A stretch of DNA of 36,389 bases from an uncultured bacterium (GTDB lineage: Bacteria; CAYJRR01): contig CAYJRR010000036.1 in assembly GCA_964372275.1 (NCBI GenBank), positions 1-36,389 of the forward strand, written 5' to 3'. Position 1 is the first letter of the stretch; each line of letters opens with the position of its first letter. Of the stretch, positions 1 through 10,272 are shown one piece after another. A program made the position numbers and the translations under genes. Below the pieces are notes generated by a model. That model was not told where the DNA came from and searched no databases. It was given only the letters and a program-made list of their open reading frames with translations.

Positions 1-74
1 CGGCCGCAGGATCCGAGAAGGAGGATCCACCCCAGGAGAGACGTCACAAAGATCGATCGCACGCGGCGGTTCAT
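1..74 (-). CDS. 5' end of a putative lipoprotein (runs off the window)
   Basis: GAGGAG RBS overlaps the upstream stop, ATG at 74. Reads MNRRVRSIFVTSLLGWILLLGSCG: basic N-region, hydrophobic stretch, lipobox LGSC. Confidence 0.75.
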   Translation of the reverse strand, partial: MNRRVRSIFVTSLLGWILLLGSCG

Positions 75-85
75 CGTCGTTCTCC

Positions 86-3000
86 TCACCAGCCCGTTCC
101 GATGCCGAGGTAGTAGCGGAACCCCTTCCGTTCGATCTCCCCGACCGGGTCGTCGTTGGGCGGGAGATCCCGGAAGATGCGGTCGCCGTTGTGGTCGCCG
201 ATGCCGGTCGTGTCCTGGAGCCCGTAGGCGACGCGGAAGAAGGAGAACCACGGGGTGTAGTTGTAGATGTAGGCCCGGAGCCGAAGCTCGGCGCCGACGT
301 CGGTCAGGATCCGGTTGCCGTTCTTGTAGGCGACCGGAAACGCCTTCTCGAACAGCCCCGGATCGTCATCGCCGTAGGCGTGCCCCATGCCCTTGATGTC
401 GATGCCGGAGTATTCGTCCTCGAGCTTGCTCACCTTCTTGTCGTCGAACAGTCCGACGAACGGAAGCTCCCGCCGCGCCCCGGTGACGGTCAGCGGCCGG
501 ATCTCCCCCTCGACCGGCAGCGGCCGGAAGCTCCACAGGTTGCCGGCGGTGCCGAAGAACTGGAGATAGAGGGAGTCGAAGTAGATCGGCCCGACCTTCT
601 TGTCCCAATCCCGATAGACCGGCATCCGGTAGGCGAGCGACGTGATCAGCATCGTCTCGCCGACGACGCTGAACGGCTCGAAGCCGGCGAACTGGGTGTT
701 GGCGTTGATGTCGCTGAAGGAGGCCTGCGGATGCTGGCCGCCGGCGAAGAACTCGTCGTTGTACTGGACATTCCGGTCGACGTACCCGGCCTGCAGCGTG
801 AACTGCAGGGTGTGCTGCAGGTACTCCCACCAGGGCACGGCGTAGTACTCGGCGTAGGAGGCCTTCAGCGTGTTGAAGGTGTAGCTGGTGAGGTTCTCCC
901 CGTCGTCGACGTCGCCGCCCCCCTCGACGATGTCGGTGAACCCGACGTCCCAGCTGGTGTTGAGCTCCCTCGCCCCGCGCGGGTTGACGTCGAACGTCCC
1001 GCCCCCCGCGAAGCGGTCGACGGTGAAGTAGTTCAGGTTGAAGCCGACGCTCGCCGCGTTGGAGAACCCCTTCTTGCCGAAGCTCCACGGGCCACCGACG
1101 GTGAGGTCCGGGGCGGTGGCGCCGTAGCCGAAATCGAACGAGCGGTAGGTGGCGACGATCCCGGCGTCGTGCCGCGGGCTGATCCGCCAATTGAGCATGG
1201 CGAGGTAGAAGTCGACGCGGGAGGCCAGCTTCAGCTCCGCGAAGTCCCCCTCGTCCGAGATCTGGAAACCCGACTCGCGCTTGCGGTCGAAACGCGCCCA
1301 GATCAGTCCCAGCGTCGGGCGGAACATGTCGTTGAAGTAGCGGACGATGAAGTCCTTGTTCTGCCCCATCAGCACGTCGGCGATCAGGGCGTGCTTCCCG
1401 GCGTAGTCCCACCAGATCAGCTCGCCGCCGGCCTGGACGTTCTGGTCCTCGTAGCGGGCGATCGGCACGAACGACGGCGGCTCGAGATCGCGAATCGCCG
1501 AGTACTTCCGCCCCTCCGGGATCGGAGGCAGCTCCTCGACCGTCTTCAAGTTGCGGTCGACGTCGGCCGTGGCGACCACCGGCAGCGGATCGGACGACTT
1601 TCCGAAGAAGTCGGGCTTCTTCAGGCCGAAGTTCTGGAACCCGTAGGCGTTGAAGCCGGTGTAGAGGAGGTTCCCCCCCTTGGTCTCCGCCGGCCAGAAG
1701 GCGCCGCCGACCACGTTGGTGACCTGTGTGACGGCCCGCGTCGCCAAATCGATCCGGTAGACGTTGAAGATCCCGCTGCGATCGGACGAGAAGAGGACCC
1801 CCTTGCCGTCGGCGGTGTAGATCGCGTCCTTGTCCTCCGCCTTGTCCCAGGTCAGCGGATGGAGGTCGGTCCCGTCGGCGTTCATCTCCCAGATGTCCTG
1901 CTGGTCGTTCCGGTAGACGTAGAAGACGAGCTTCTTGGAATCCGGAGACCACTGCGGCTCGCCGATCTGGGTCCCGTCGGCGAACAGCGTCAGGTAGAGG
2001 AGCTCCTCGCCGTTCGGACGGATGCGGGCCACGTTGTAGGTGCCGTCGTTGTACTTGACGAAGGCGATCCACTGCCCGTCGGGCGACCAGCTCGGGCTCG
2101 AGGCGCGCAGCTCGTGGGTGATCTGCATCTTCCGCCGCCGGTCCTCGGAGCAGGAGGGGTCCCAGTCGTCGGCCTTCTTCCCCTTTTCCTTCTTCTCCTT
2201 CGACCAGGCGATCGCGTCGGCGAGGTCGTAGATGATGAGGTCCTGCCACTCGTATCAGTCGAAGTTGAAATCGCCGGTGAGGCACGGCTCGATGTGGTCG
2301 CCGGTGTAGACGATCCGCGTCCCGTCCGGCGAGAAGTCCCAGCTGGCGTCGCCGACCCCGGAAAGGGAGATGCTCGGGATGCGCTCCAGCTTCTCTTCGT
2401 CGGTCAGCGGCGCGCCCGCTTCACCCTCGGCGCGCGCGGACGAGCCGCGTCCCGGCCCCGCGCCGGCTCCGGTCGAACCACCCGACTCCCCGTCCTTCTT
2501 CTCCTTGTCCTTGTCCTTCTCCGGATCGAGCCAGGTGCCGGTGAAGGCCGGCAGGTCGTCGGGATTGACGAAGGTGATCTTCAGGCTCCCCTTCCGGGTG
2601 TCGAGCGAGCCCCAGGCCTCGCCGGTCGGCGAGACGCGCTGGTAGTAGTGCCAGATCCCCGGCTTCTCGCGCATCCAGCGGCGCTTCCGCTTGGGCATCT
2701 CGGACCACGACTTCATCTTCTTCTCGTCCTTCGACAGCCAGAGCGGTTGCTTCCAGGCGACCTCGGTCCCCTCGTGCAGCCCTTGCTTCTCCAACTCCTC
2801 CTTCACCCGGCCGTACTTGTCCCGGTTCCATTGCACCCACCCCTGCCACATCTCCTCCGGGGTGATGCCCAGGACGTCCTTGATCACGCTCTCCCAGTCG
2901 AACCGGGACTGGTTCTTCGACGCCTCGGCGAACTTGGAGTAGGTCTCCTGCCCGTACTTCTCGGCGAGGTAGAGACCGATCGAGTAGCCATGGTTGTAGC

Positions 3001-3698
3001 CGCGTTCCCCGTCGAGCCCGGTCTTGTCGCCCCGCACGCCCAACTGATCGAGCGTGAGCGTCGCGTCCGGATCGAGGATCGACATCCGCAGCAGCATGTC
3101 GCGGCTGGAGCCCCAGTGGTTGTAGCCGACGTTGTGCGTCCAGAATTCGGCGCCCCCTTCGGTCCACCAGAACGGCGCCGAGTTCCCCTCCCCGAGGGGG
3201 AACTCCATCCCGTAGGCGACGTTGTTCCGGCCGTCCTCCTCCAGCCCCGATCCCTGCACGCCGGCAAGCGACATCCCGATGCCGCGGTTCTCGTTCGCCT
3301 TGAGGGAGACGATGTGCGCGAACTCGTGGGTCATGACGTCCGGGATCCAGTCCATCCGCCCGCGCAGCCGGTAGTAGAGCGGCGTGGCCCAGATGGTGAT
3401 CCAGTCCATGGTGTAGACGGCGAAGCCGTTGGAGATGTCCTCCTGGTCGCGGACGACGACGTGCACCTTCTCCTTGAGGAAGTGATTGAACTGCTCGCAG
3501 ACCTTCGGATACATGATCTCGGCGTACTTCGCCGCGCGCCGCGCGGNNNNNNNNNNAGACGAAGTGCTCCGTCTCGAACGTCTTCCATTCCACATCGGGG
3601 AAGTTGTGGTCGAAGAAGAAGCCGGCGTTCGCTTCGCGCGGAGCGGCGGCGAGCCCCAGCAGCACCACGGCCATCGACATGCGGAGGAGCTTGAACAT
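86..3698 (-). CDS. Large secreted protein: gluzincin-type metallopeptidase + TolB/PD40 beta-propeller + C-terminal Omp85/BamA-like beta-barrel; interrupted by an N-gap and one in-frame TGA
   Basis: Signal peptide MFKLLRMSMAVVLLGLAAAPREANA, then WKTFETEHF. HEFAH..EGGAE zinc motif. Repeated (W/F)SPDG/SPDS motifs. Amphipathic strands end in YYLGIGTGW. ORFs 2255..3595 and 86..2128 are in the same frame, separated only by TGA at 2255-2257. The frame change at 3547-3556 coincides with the Ns. Confidence 0.8.
3547..3556. other. Assembly gap (10 N)
   Basis: Ns in the sequence. The reading frame changes across them, so the true gap length is probably not 10. Confidence 0.98.
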
Positions 3699-3703
3699 TC
3701 GAC

Positions 3704-4750
3704 TCACCATCGGAAGAGGAGGCTGCCGGTGAAGGTGGTGCCGTAGGACTGGGTCAGGTCCTCCAGCGGGAAGAACAGGCCGCTGTTGCGGCTCATCAGC
3801 GGGATCGATACGCCCCCCGCGAGGTCCCAGTTCTCGCCGGCCTGGACGATCACCCGGCCGCTCGCCGAAAGCGCCTCGAAGTCGGAGTCCTCGATCGTCT
3901 CCAGGTCGTTGGCCGGGCTGATGTCGTTCGACGACGCGCCGACCGCCGACTCCATCCGGCGCACGTAGTCGGCCCCCGCCGTGAGCGCAGCGAAACGGAT
4001 CGGCTGGATCGTCAGGTGCAGACCGGTGGACAGCTCGTCGCCCGGTTTGAAGCGGCCGTTGTAGCCGGTCTCGAGATCGCGGACCCACATCGTGACCGCC
4101 GAGAACTTGTGGACGTACCCGGCGCGCGCGACCGCCGCCACCGGCCCGACGCGCTGCTTGGCGTGGAGGGTGAGGCCGGTGTTGGTCGTCCCGGTCCCGA
4201 GCGTCAGGTGCCGGCTCCCCGGGGCCCCGGGGGCCTCCTGTCCCGACGGCTGCTTGGTGTCCCAGGTCACTCCCAGTGAGGTGAGCGTGCTCGCCCCCTC
4301 CCGGTGAAACGCCTGCCAGGTGAAGCCGAACCGGACGTCGCCCAGCCCCGACTCGGTGATCGTCCCTTCTCCGTCGTCGCCGCCGACGCGCTCGGAGGCG
4401 ACCGAGAACGGGAGCGACATGAAGAGGGTCAGGTTGCGGGTGAAGCCGTAACGCGCGTCGAGCGTCAGCCACGAGAGCCGGTATTCGTAGTCGGCGTCGT
4501 CGACGTTTCCGTCGGCGTCGGTCACCTCGGATACGTCGCGGAACTGGTAGGTCAGGCCGTATTCGGCCCACTCCTTCTGCAAGGTGATCGGCCGCGCCAC
4601 CTCCATCCCGGGGTAGGCCGGACGCGAGGTGCGGATGCGGAACGGGCTCTGCCCGGCCCATGCCGGGGTCGCCGTGAGGAGCGCCAGGACCGCCGCCAAG
4701 AGCATCGGACGCCGGCCCCGCGTCGCTTCGGTTCGTTGCGTCGTCGTCAT
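3704..4750 (-). CDS. Outer-membrane beta-barrel 'transporter' (MetA-pathway/phenol-degradation-like family)
   Basis: GAGGA RBS, ATG 4750, signal peptide ending PAWA. Family-like motifs GLGDVRFG, P(S)G, LGTG and KPGDEL. C-terminal LLFRW. Confidence 0.75.
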   Translation of the reverse strand: MTTTQRTEATRGRRPMLLAAVLALLTATPAWAGQSPFRIRTSRPAYPGMEVARPITLQKEWAEYGLTYQFRDVSEVTDADGNVDDADYEYRLSWLTLDARYGFTRNLTLFMSLPFSVASERVGGDDGEGTITESGLGDVRFGFTWQAFHREGASTLTSLGVTWDTKQPSGQEAPGAPGSRHLTLGTGTTNTGLTLHAKQRVGPVAAVARAGYVHKFSAVTMWVRDLETGYNGRFKPGDELSTGLHLTIQPIRFAALTAGADYVRRMESAVGASSNDISPANDLETIEDSDFEALSASGRVIVQAGENWDLAGGVSIPLMSRNSGLFFPLEDLTQSYGTTFTGSLLFRW

Positions 4751-4788
4751 CGTATCCTCGGGGAAAATCACCGTTTTTGGAGCGCGGA

Positions 4789-4818
4789 ACGCTAGCTCGG
4801 CCCGCGAAACGAAGTCAA
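4789..4818 (-). promoter_or_regulatory. Putative sigma70-type promoter for the barrel/peptidase operon
   Basis: TTGACT-N18-TAGCGT on the minus strand, about 40 nt upstream of ATG 4750. Confidence 0.5.
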
Positions 4819-4884
4819 GGGACAACCCGCTCGGGCGCGGCGCCATCGCTCCCCCGCCAAGCCACTCCCGCACGTCGTTTGCCG

Positions 4885-7446
4885 TCACGCCGACCTCCGC
4901 GCGGCGAGATCGATCACCTCGGCCTCCGGCGGCGATCGCCGCAGCCAGGTCGACGCCGTGGCGAGCGCAAGCGCCGCCGATCCCAACCACACCGACCATG
5001 GCCGTCGCGTGCGGCGCGGTCCTCGCCCCATCCACGACGGCACCTCGCCGGCGAAAAGCCGCTCTCCGCCGGAGGAGGCGGCGATCGCGTCGAGTCGGGC
5101 GATTCCGCCGGTCTCGGCGAACTCGGCCTCCGAACGGGAGGGGGGCGAGGCCCAACCGACCGGCAGGCCGGAGGCGTCGAGGATGCGAACGAGGAGAGGG
5201 CCGGAGCCGTCGGGCAGCGGAAGCCAGGCTGTCGCGCGCGTGCGGGAGGTGACGAGAAGAGCGGTTCGACGGGCGGGGGCGGAACCGGCGACGAGTTGGA
5301 CGGTCCAACCGTCACGGTTCGTCGACGCCGTCGCCCGGACGTCGATGCGCACGCCGTCCTCGTCCCCTCTCCTCTCCGACATCGCGGTCACCGCCGCGGC
5401 GCCCGGCACCGGCGGAAGGCCCGGCGGCAACGGCAGGGCCAACCGCGCCATCGCCCGCGCCAAGGCCACGCGGTCGACCGGCACGTCGGCGAGCGGCGCG
5501 GCGAGGGCGACGGCGAAGCCCTCTCCGATCCGGGTGCGGCCGAGGAGCGGGCGCACCGGCCCCGGGGGCGACGTCCCGGCGCGCGAGCCGTCAGCCGGCG
5601 TGGCGATTCGCCAAAACGTCTCGGACGTCGCCCGCGCGCGCGCGTGCGTCGTCCCGGTCCATCCCGGCCTCGTCGGATCGATCCCTTCGAGCGCCTCGAC
5701 CGGCTTGGAGACCGACGCCGGGAGCGGCTCGGCGGGAAGATCCTCACGCCCCGAGCGCCGCGTCTCCTCGGCGAAGATGCGGGGGAGCTCGTCGGCATCG
5801 CGGACGAACCAGAAACGGCCGCCGGTGCGCTGCGCGATCTCCGACATGGTGGTGGGATCGGCTTCGCTTCCCATGGCGACGGTGGAGACGGTGATCCGCG
5901 ATGCGGCGATCCGGCGCAGGAGCGCCTCGTGGTCGGCGAGACGCGACACCGAGACGCCGTCCGAGAGGAGTACGACGTGCTTGAGCCTCGCGTCGAGCGG
6001 CGCGAGCGCGCGATGCGCCTCCTCCAGCGCGGGGAAGAGGTTCGTCCCGCCGGCGAGCCGGATGCGCGCGACCTTCGACGGAAAGTCGGGGACCTCCTTC
6101 ACCTTCGTCGGCGGGACGACCCATTCGTGGAAGTCGGAGAAGGTGACGAGCCCCACCGTCGACTGCGGATTCATCTCCCGATAGGCCGACGCGGTGGTGC
6201 GCGCCGCCACCTCCCACTTCCGCTCGCGGTTCATCGAGTCCGAGCGATCGAGGATGAACACCAGCGCCACGGCGGGCGGTTCCTTCTTCTCGTCGTCGAC
6301 GGTGGCGAAGGGGAGGATCCGTCGCAGGCCGGCCGCCGCCCTGCTTTCGCCCTTGGCGAGCCCCTTCGCACCGGGAAAGGCCAGGAGCCCTCCGCCGCGC
6401 CGCGCGAACGCGCCGAGCACCGACACCGCGCCGGCCGGGAGCGCCTCGGGGTCGATGCCGTCTAGCGCGATCAGGTCGACGCCGTCGAGCGCCTCCACGG
6501 TGCCGGCGGCGGGCCCGCCGGAGGCAGGCCCGCCGGCGGGGAGGCGGTCGACCGCGAGGCGCTCGGTGCGCAGTCCCGCCGCGGCCAGGCTCTCCGCGAC
6601 GATCCCTGGCCCGCCGGCCTCTTCCAGGACGACCGCGCGGGGCGCCGGCGCGATCTCGATCGCGCGCTCGACGACCGTCTCGCCGGCCGCGAGCCGGAGC
6701 GCGTGCGGTCCGGGCCGCGACCCGCGCCAGGTGAACTCCACCGTCCCGTCGAGGTCGATCTCGCGGCGGGCGACGGTCCGGCCGTCGACCGACAGCGTCA
6801 CCGGAACGCGGGCGATGGGCCGCGGACCTCGCGCCCCATCGCCGGCGCGCGCCGCGAGTCGAGCGTCGATCCGCACCGTCTCGCCGATTCGCGCGACGGC
6901 CGGAGGATCGAAGGCGCGGACGATCGGCGCCCGGGAACGGCCCGCCACCGCGACGTCGACCGAGACCCCTTCCGCCGCGAGCCGGGCGGCCGACGCGGCG
7001 AGATCGCCCGCGGTCTGCTCCCCGTCGGAGAGGAGGAGCACGCGTCGATCGCCCGCGGCACCGCGCGCCCGCAGGATCGCGGCGGCCGCCTCGAGACCCG
7101 AGGCGAGGTCCGATCCCTCGACCGCGACGACCCCTTCGACCGCGGCGTCGACCGCGGCGCGGCGCGAAAGCGCCCGGGCCGCCTGGCGGTCCTCGTCCGC
7201 GAGCGAGGCGGAGCGGTCGACGACGACCACCGCGCGGGTGCCGGTCGCCTCGTCCACCGCGACCGCCGGGCGCGGACCCGCGGCGGCGAGCACCGCCAGC
7301 AGCACCGCCCCCCCGAGCGTCGCCGCGAATAGACGGGCGCGCCGGCGCGACAGGTCCCCGTTCCGCCACGCCCGCCAGGCGGAGAGCGCGCCGATCGGCG
7401 CCAGCGGCGCGAGCACGAGGAGGAGCGGATGCTCGAAGGCGATCAC
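4885..7446 (-). CDS. Membrane-anchored double-VWA protein with a central glutamine-amidotransferase-like region
   Basis: GTG start overlaps the upstream TGA (GTGA). N-terminus IAFEHPLLL plus 2 TM. MIDAS motifs VVDRSAS..LLSDG and ILDRSDSM..GGT..VLLSDG. GGGLLA segment. C-terminal TM. Confidence 0.8.
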   Translation of the reverse strand: MIAFEHPLLLVLAPLAPIGALSAWRAWRNGDLSRRRARLFAATLGGAVLLAVLAAAGPRPAVAVDEATGTRAVVVVDRSASLADEDRQAARALSRRAAVDAAVEGVVAVEGSDLASGLEAAAAILRARGAAGDRRVLLLSDGEQTAGDLAASAARLAAEGVSVDVAVAGRSRAPIVRAFDPPAVARIGETVRIDARLAARAGDGARGPRPIARVPVTLSVDGRTVARREIDLDGTVEFTWRGSRPGPHALRLAAGETVVERAIEIAPAPRAVVLEEAGGPGIVAESLAAAGLRTERLAVDRLPAGGPASGGPAAGTVEALDGVDLIALDGIDPEALPAGAVSVLGAFARRGGGLLAFPGAKGLAKGESRAAAGLRRILPFATVDDEKKEPPAVALVFILDRSDSMNRERKWEVAARTTASAYREMNPQSTVGLVTFSDFHEWVVPPTKVKEVPDFPSKVARIRLAGGTNLFPALEEAHRALAPLDARLKHVVLLSDGVSVSRLADHEALLRRIAASRITVSTVAMGSEADPTTMSEIAQRTGGRFWFVRDADELPRIFAEETRRSGREDLPAEPLPASVSKPVEALEGIDPTRPGWTGTTHARARATSETFWRIATPADGSRAGTSPPGPVRPLLGRTRIGEGFAVALAAPLADVPVDRVALARAMARLALPLPPGLPPVPGAAAVTAMSERRGDEDGVRIDVRATASTNRDGWTVQLVAGSAPARRTALLVTSRTRATAWLPLPDGSGPLLVRILDASGLPVGWASPPSRSEAEFAETGGIARLDAIAASSGGERLFAGEVPSWMGRGPRRTRRPWSVWLGSAALALATASTWLRRSPPEAEVIDLAARRSA

Positions 7447-9314
7447 GGAACGATCCAGCCCTTCGCGGTGAGAAGCAGCGCGGCGGCGCCGAACAGGATC
7501 GGGGTCCACGGAAGCTCGGCCCCGACCGGGTCGTTCGAGGCCCACGGCGGCAGCGGCCTCTCCCGGGCCGGCGACGATTCCGCGGTGCGTGCACCGGGGC
7601 CGGCCGCCGCCGCGACCGACTCCTCGGCGTCGACCCCCGCCACCGTCTCGTCGCCTTCGCCCGACTCCCCCGCCAGCCAGCGGACCGCGCTGCCGACCAG
7701 CACCGGAAATCCGAGGCGGAGCGGAAGGTCGGTCTGCGCCGGATCGAATCCGAGCTCGAGCCGGCGAGGTCGGTCCGGCGGTGGTCGCCCGCCGGGCTCC
7801 TCGCGGCCATCCTTCGGGGGACGTGCCCGCCCCCCGTCCCCCCACTTCCCTTCGCGGGCGATCGCAATCGGACCCGCCTCGATGGAGGCGATCGCGGTGT
7901 CGCCGGGCCGCGTCTCCAGGACCGCCGCCACCGACAACGTCAGGTCGTCGAGCGAGACGTCGCGCGACACCGGATGGAACGGATTCCAATCGACCAGGAA
8001 GACCGCTCCGGGGCTCGGCGGTTCGGCCGCGGCGCGCGCGGGTTCGGCCCCCGTCCCCGAGGCGGGCGCGCCGCCGATCACCAGAACGCCGGCCCCCTCC
8101 CGGATCGGAACCCTGGACTCGAGCTCGGGACATCGGTCGAGCACCACCACGTCGGCGGCCGAGAGCGCCCCCGCAATCGCCGTCCCGCGAGCGGCGATCG
8201 CCGCCGGGTCGACGACGCGCAGGCGCACGCCGGCCAGCGCCCGAAGCGCCCCGTCGAGAAAGCGGTTCCCACGCGTGACGAGCGCCACGTCGATCGGCCC
8301 CACCGAGTCGATCCGAACCGATCGACGGTCATCGCGCGCGAGCGCATCGCGTGGCGCCTCGCCTCTGCCCGGTCCATCGCTCGCTTCCGGCGAGAAGGCG
8401 ACGCGCTCCAGCGTCGCCGAGACGACGGGTATCGGCTCCGGAGGAAGGCCGGGCAGATGGAAGCTGGAGATCCACGACCGGCCCCCCTTCACCACGATCT
8501 TCGCGCCGCCGAGCCGGTGGCGCTCGGTGTGAAGCACGAGCTCCGCCGTCGCGTCCCGGCGGCCCACGTTGTCGACGCGGACCCGAAGGTCGAGGCCCCC
8601 CTCCGACGGGGAGCCGGACGAGATCCCCAGCGAGGTCACCGCGAGGTTCTCCCCCGCCTCGCCGAACGCCTGCACGTCGACCGCGATCCGGTCCGGACCC
8701 TCGGCGGCGGCGGCAGGCCCGAGGGCGGCGGCAGGCCCGGCGGCGAGGCCGGCCGGATCGGTGAGCACGACCAGGTGGCGGCGATACGCCCCCTCGACGC
8801 CGAGGAACGACCGCGCCTGGACGATCGCTCGCGCAAGGTCGGCGCCGTTCGACTCGGGCTCGAGCGCGGCCAGCTCCCACGGGGCGATCGATCGCGCGTC
8901 GCGTCCGGCGGCGAAGATCGCAACCGCCTCCTCCTCGGCGAGGGTCCGCGCGATCCGGGCCGCCGCGCGGCGCGCGAGGTCGAAGCGGCGAACGCCGTCG
9001 CGGTCGCGCGCCGCCATCGACGCCGAGAGATCGAGGACGATCGCCACCCGCCTCGGGGCCTTCGCGGCCAGACGCGGACCGGCGATCCCCGCCGCGAGTC
9101 CGCCCAGGCCCGCGGCGAGAACGGCGATCGCCAGCAGCTCCCGCCAGGGGAACGACGAGGCCGCGGTCGCGCGCGCGCGGCGCCAGAGGTCCCCGTAGGC
9201 GACGACGGCGCGGCGGCTCGTCGGGCGAAGAAAGATCGCCGCCAGGGAGAGCAGGAACGCCGTCGCGAGCGCGAGACCCGCCACCCACGGACCCACCCCT
9301 TCCCAGCGGATCAT
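7443..9314 (-). CDS. BatA-like N-terminal TM + VWA domain protein
   Basis: Two N-terminal hydrophobic helices. VAIVLDLSASM MIDAS, VVLTD, D-ALARDD motif, C-terminal TM. ATGA overlap with the DUF58 gene. Confidence 0.8.
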   Translation of the reverse strand: MIRWEGVGPWVAGLALATAFLLSLAAIFLRPTSRRAVVAYGDLWRRARATAASSFPWRELLAIAVLAAGLGGLAAGIAGPRLAAKAPRRVAIVLDLSASMAARDRDGVRRFDLARRAAARIARTLAEEEAVAIFAAGRDARSIAPWELAALEPESNGADLARAIVQARSFLGVEGAYRRHLVVLTDPAGLAAGPAAALGPAAAAEGPDRIAVDVQAFGEAGENLAVTSLGISSGSPSEGGLDLRVRVDNVGRRDATAELVLHTERHRLGGAKIVVKGGRSWISSFHLPGLPPEPIPVVSATLERVAFSPEASDGPGRGEAPRDALARDDRRSVRIDSVGPIDVALVTRGNRFLDGALRALAGVRLRVVDPAAIAARGTAIAGALSAADVVVLDRCPELESRVPIREGAGVLVIGGAPASGTGAEPARAAAEPPSPGAVFLVDWNPFHPVSRDVSLDDLTLSVAAVLETRPGDTAIASIEAGPIAIAREGKWGDGGRARPPKDGREEPGGRPPPDRPRRLELGFDPAQTDLPLRLGFPVLVGSAVRWLAGESGEGDETVAGVDAEESVAAAAGPGARTAESSPARERPLPPWASNDPVGAELPWTPILFGAAALLLTAKGWIVP

Positions 9315-10255
9315 TCGAGCATCCCGGCGCGCCGCAGATCGCGCAACAGGAGGTCCTCGATCGAACGGTCCGGCGGCGCCACCGCGAACGAGCCGCCGGC
9401 GCGCGCGAGCAGCCCCGCGAGCTCCGCCCGCTCCTCGCCGAGGAGCCGGTCGTACGCCTCGCGGACCTTCCGATCGACGCGGATCCGGACCGCCCGGCCC
9501 GATTCGGCGTCGATCAGGCGGAGCCGCCCGCCGGCCGCGGGGAGGGCGTCCTTCCGTCCGAGCACCTGGATCGCGTGCACCTCGAACCCCGCGCGAATCA
9601 ACCGCGCGGCGGCGCCGCGGACGTTCCCTCCAGTACCGGCGGCAGGCCCGGTGCCGGCCGCAGGCCCGTCGCCGCGCAGCGGCTCGTAGAGATCGCTGAC
9701 CAGGATTGCGATGCCGGGGGACGCGGCCTGGACGAACGTCTCCGCCGCCGCGGCGAAGTCGGACCGGCCGCCCGGCTCGAGCGCGTCGACGTAGCGGAAG
9801 AGCGCCGCCGCCCGGCGCCGACCGGCGGCCAGCGGGAACGGGGCCGACATCCCGCCGGCGGTCTTGCCGCCTCCGGCGACCGGCCAGAGCGCGACCCGAT
9901 CCATGCGCGCGAGTCCGACGTAGGCGATCGCCGCGGCGATGCGCGACGCGCGCGTGAACTTCTCTTCGTCCGGGTCGACCATCGACCGGGAGACGTCGAG
10001 CAGCACGTGCAGGTCGTGCTCGCGGTCCTGGCGGAAGACGCGGACCAGCAGCCGGTCGAGGCGCGCGAACAGGTTCCAGTCGACTCCGCGCAGGTCGTCG
10101 CCCGGCGAATACTCGCGGATGTCGACGAACTCGAGCCCGCTCCCGCCGGCGGCGGCGCGTCCGCGTCCGTAGGCCAGGCCCGACGCCCGGCGCCGCGCGC
10201 GCACCGCGAGGCGCTCCAGTCGGGCGAGGAACTCGGGGGGGAAGAGCGAAGGCAC
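9311..10255 (-). CDS. DUF58 domain protein (MoxR-associated)
   Basis: GSGLEFVDIREYSPGDDLRGVDWNLFAR, LLDVSRSM and ILVSDL motifs. GTG start at 10255 inferred from a GAGG RBS. Confidence 0.88.
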   Translation of the reverse strand: MPSLFPPEFLARLERLAVRARRRASGLAYGRGRAAAGGSGLEFVDIREYSPGDDLRGVDWNLFARLDRLLVRVFRQDREHDLHVLLDVSRSMVDPDEEKFTRASRIAAAIAYVGLARMDRVALWPVAGGGKTAGGMSAPFPLAAGRRRAAALFRYVDALEPGGRSDFAAAAETFVQAASPGIAILVSDLYEPLRGDGPAAGTGPAAGTGGNVRGAAARLIRAGFEVHAIQVLGRKDALPAAGGRLRLIDAESGRAVRIRVDRKVREAYDRLLGEERAELAGLLARAGGSFAVAPPDRSIEDLLLRDLRRAGMLE

Positions 10256-10272
10256 CGGTCTCGCGCCTCGCG

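Noticed and set aside
2255-2257. Alternative genetic code (TGA = Trp/Gly)
   Set aside because: Many genes here end properly at TGA with ATGA/GTGA coupling, and Trp is encoded by TGG.
3547-3556. Apparent frameshift near the 5' end of the peptidase/barrel gene
   Set aside because: It coincides exactly with the N-gap, so it is an assembly placeholder rather than biology.
191-3694. 1167-aa plus-strand ORF and many other long Arg/Pro/Gly-rich ORFs (e.g. 4777..6465, 14574..17216, 19934..22408, 26093..28924, 33064..35691)
   Set aside because: Antisense or frame-shifted shadows of real genes in very GC-rich DNA; no recognisable motifs.
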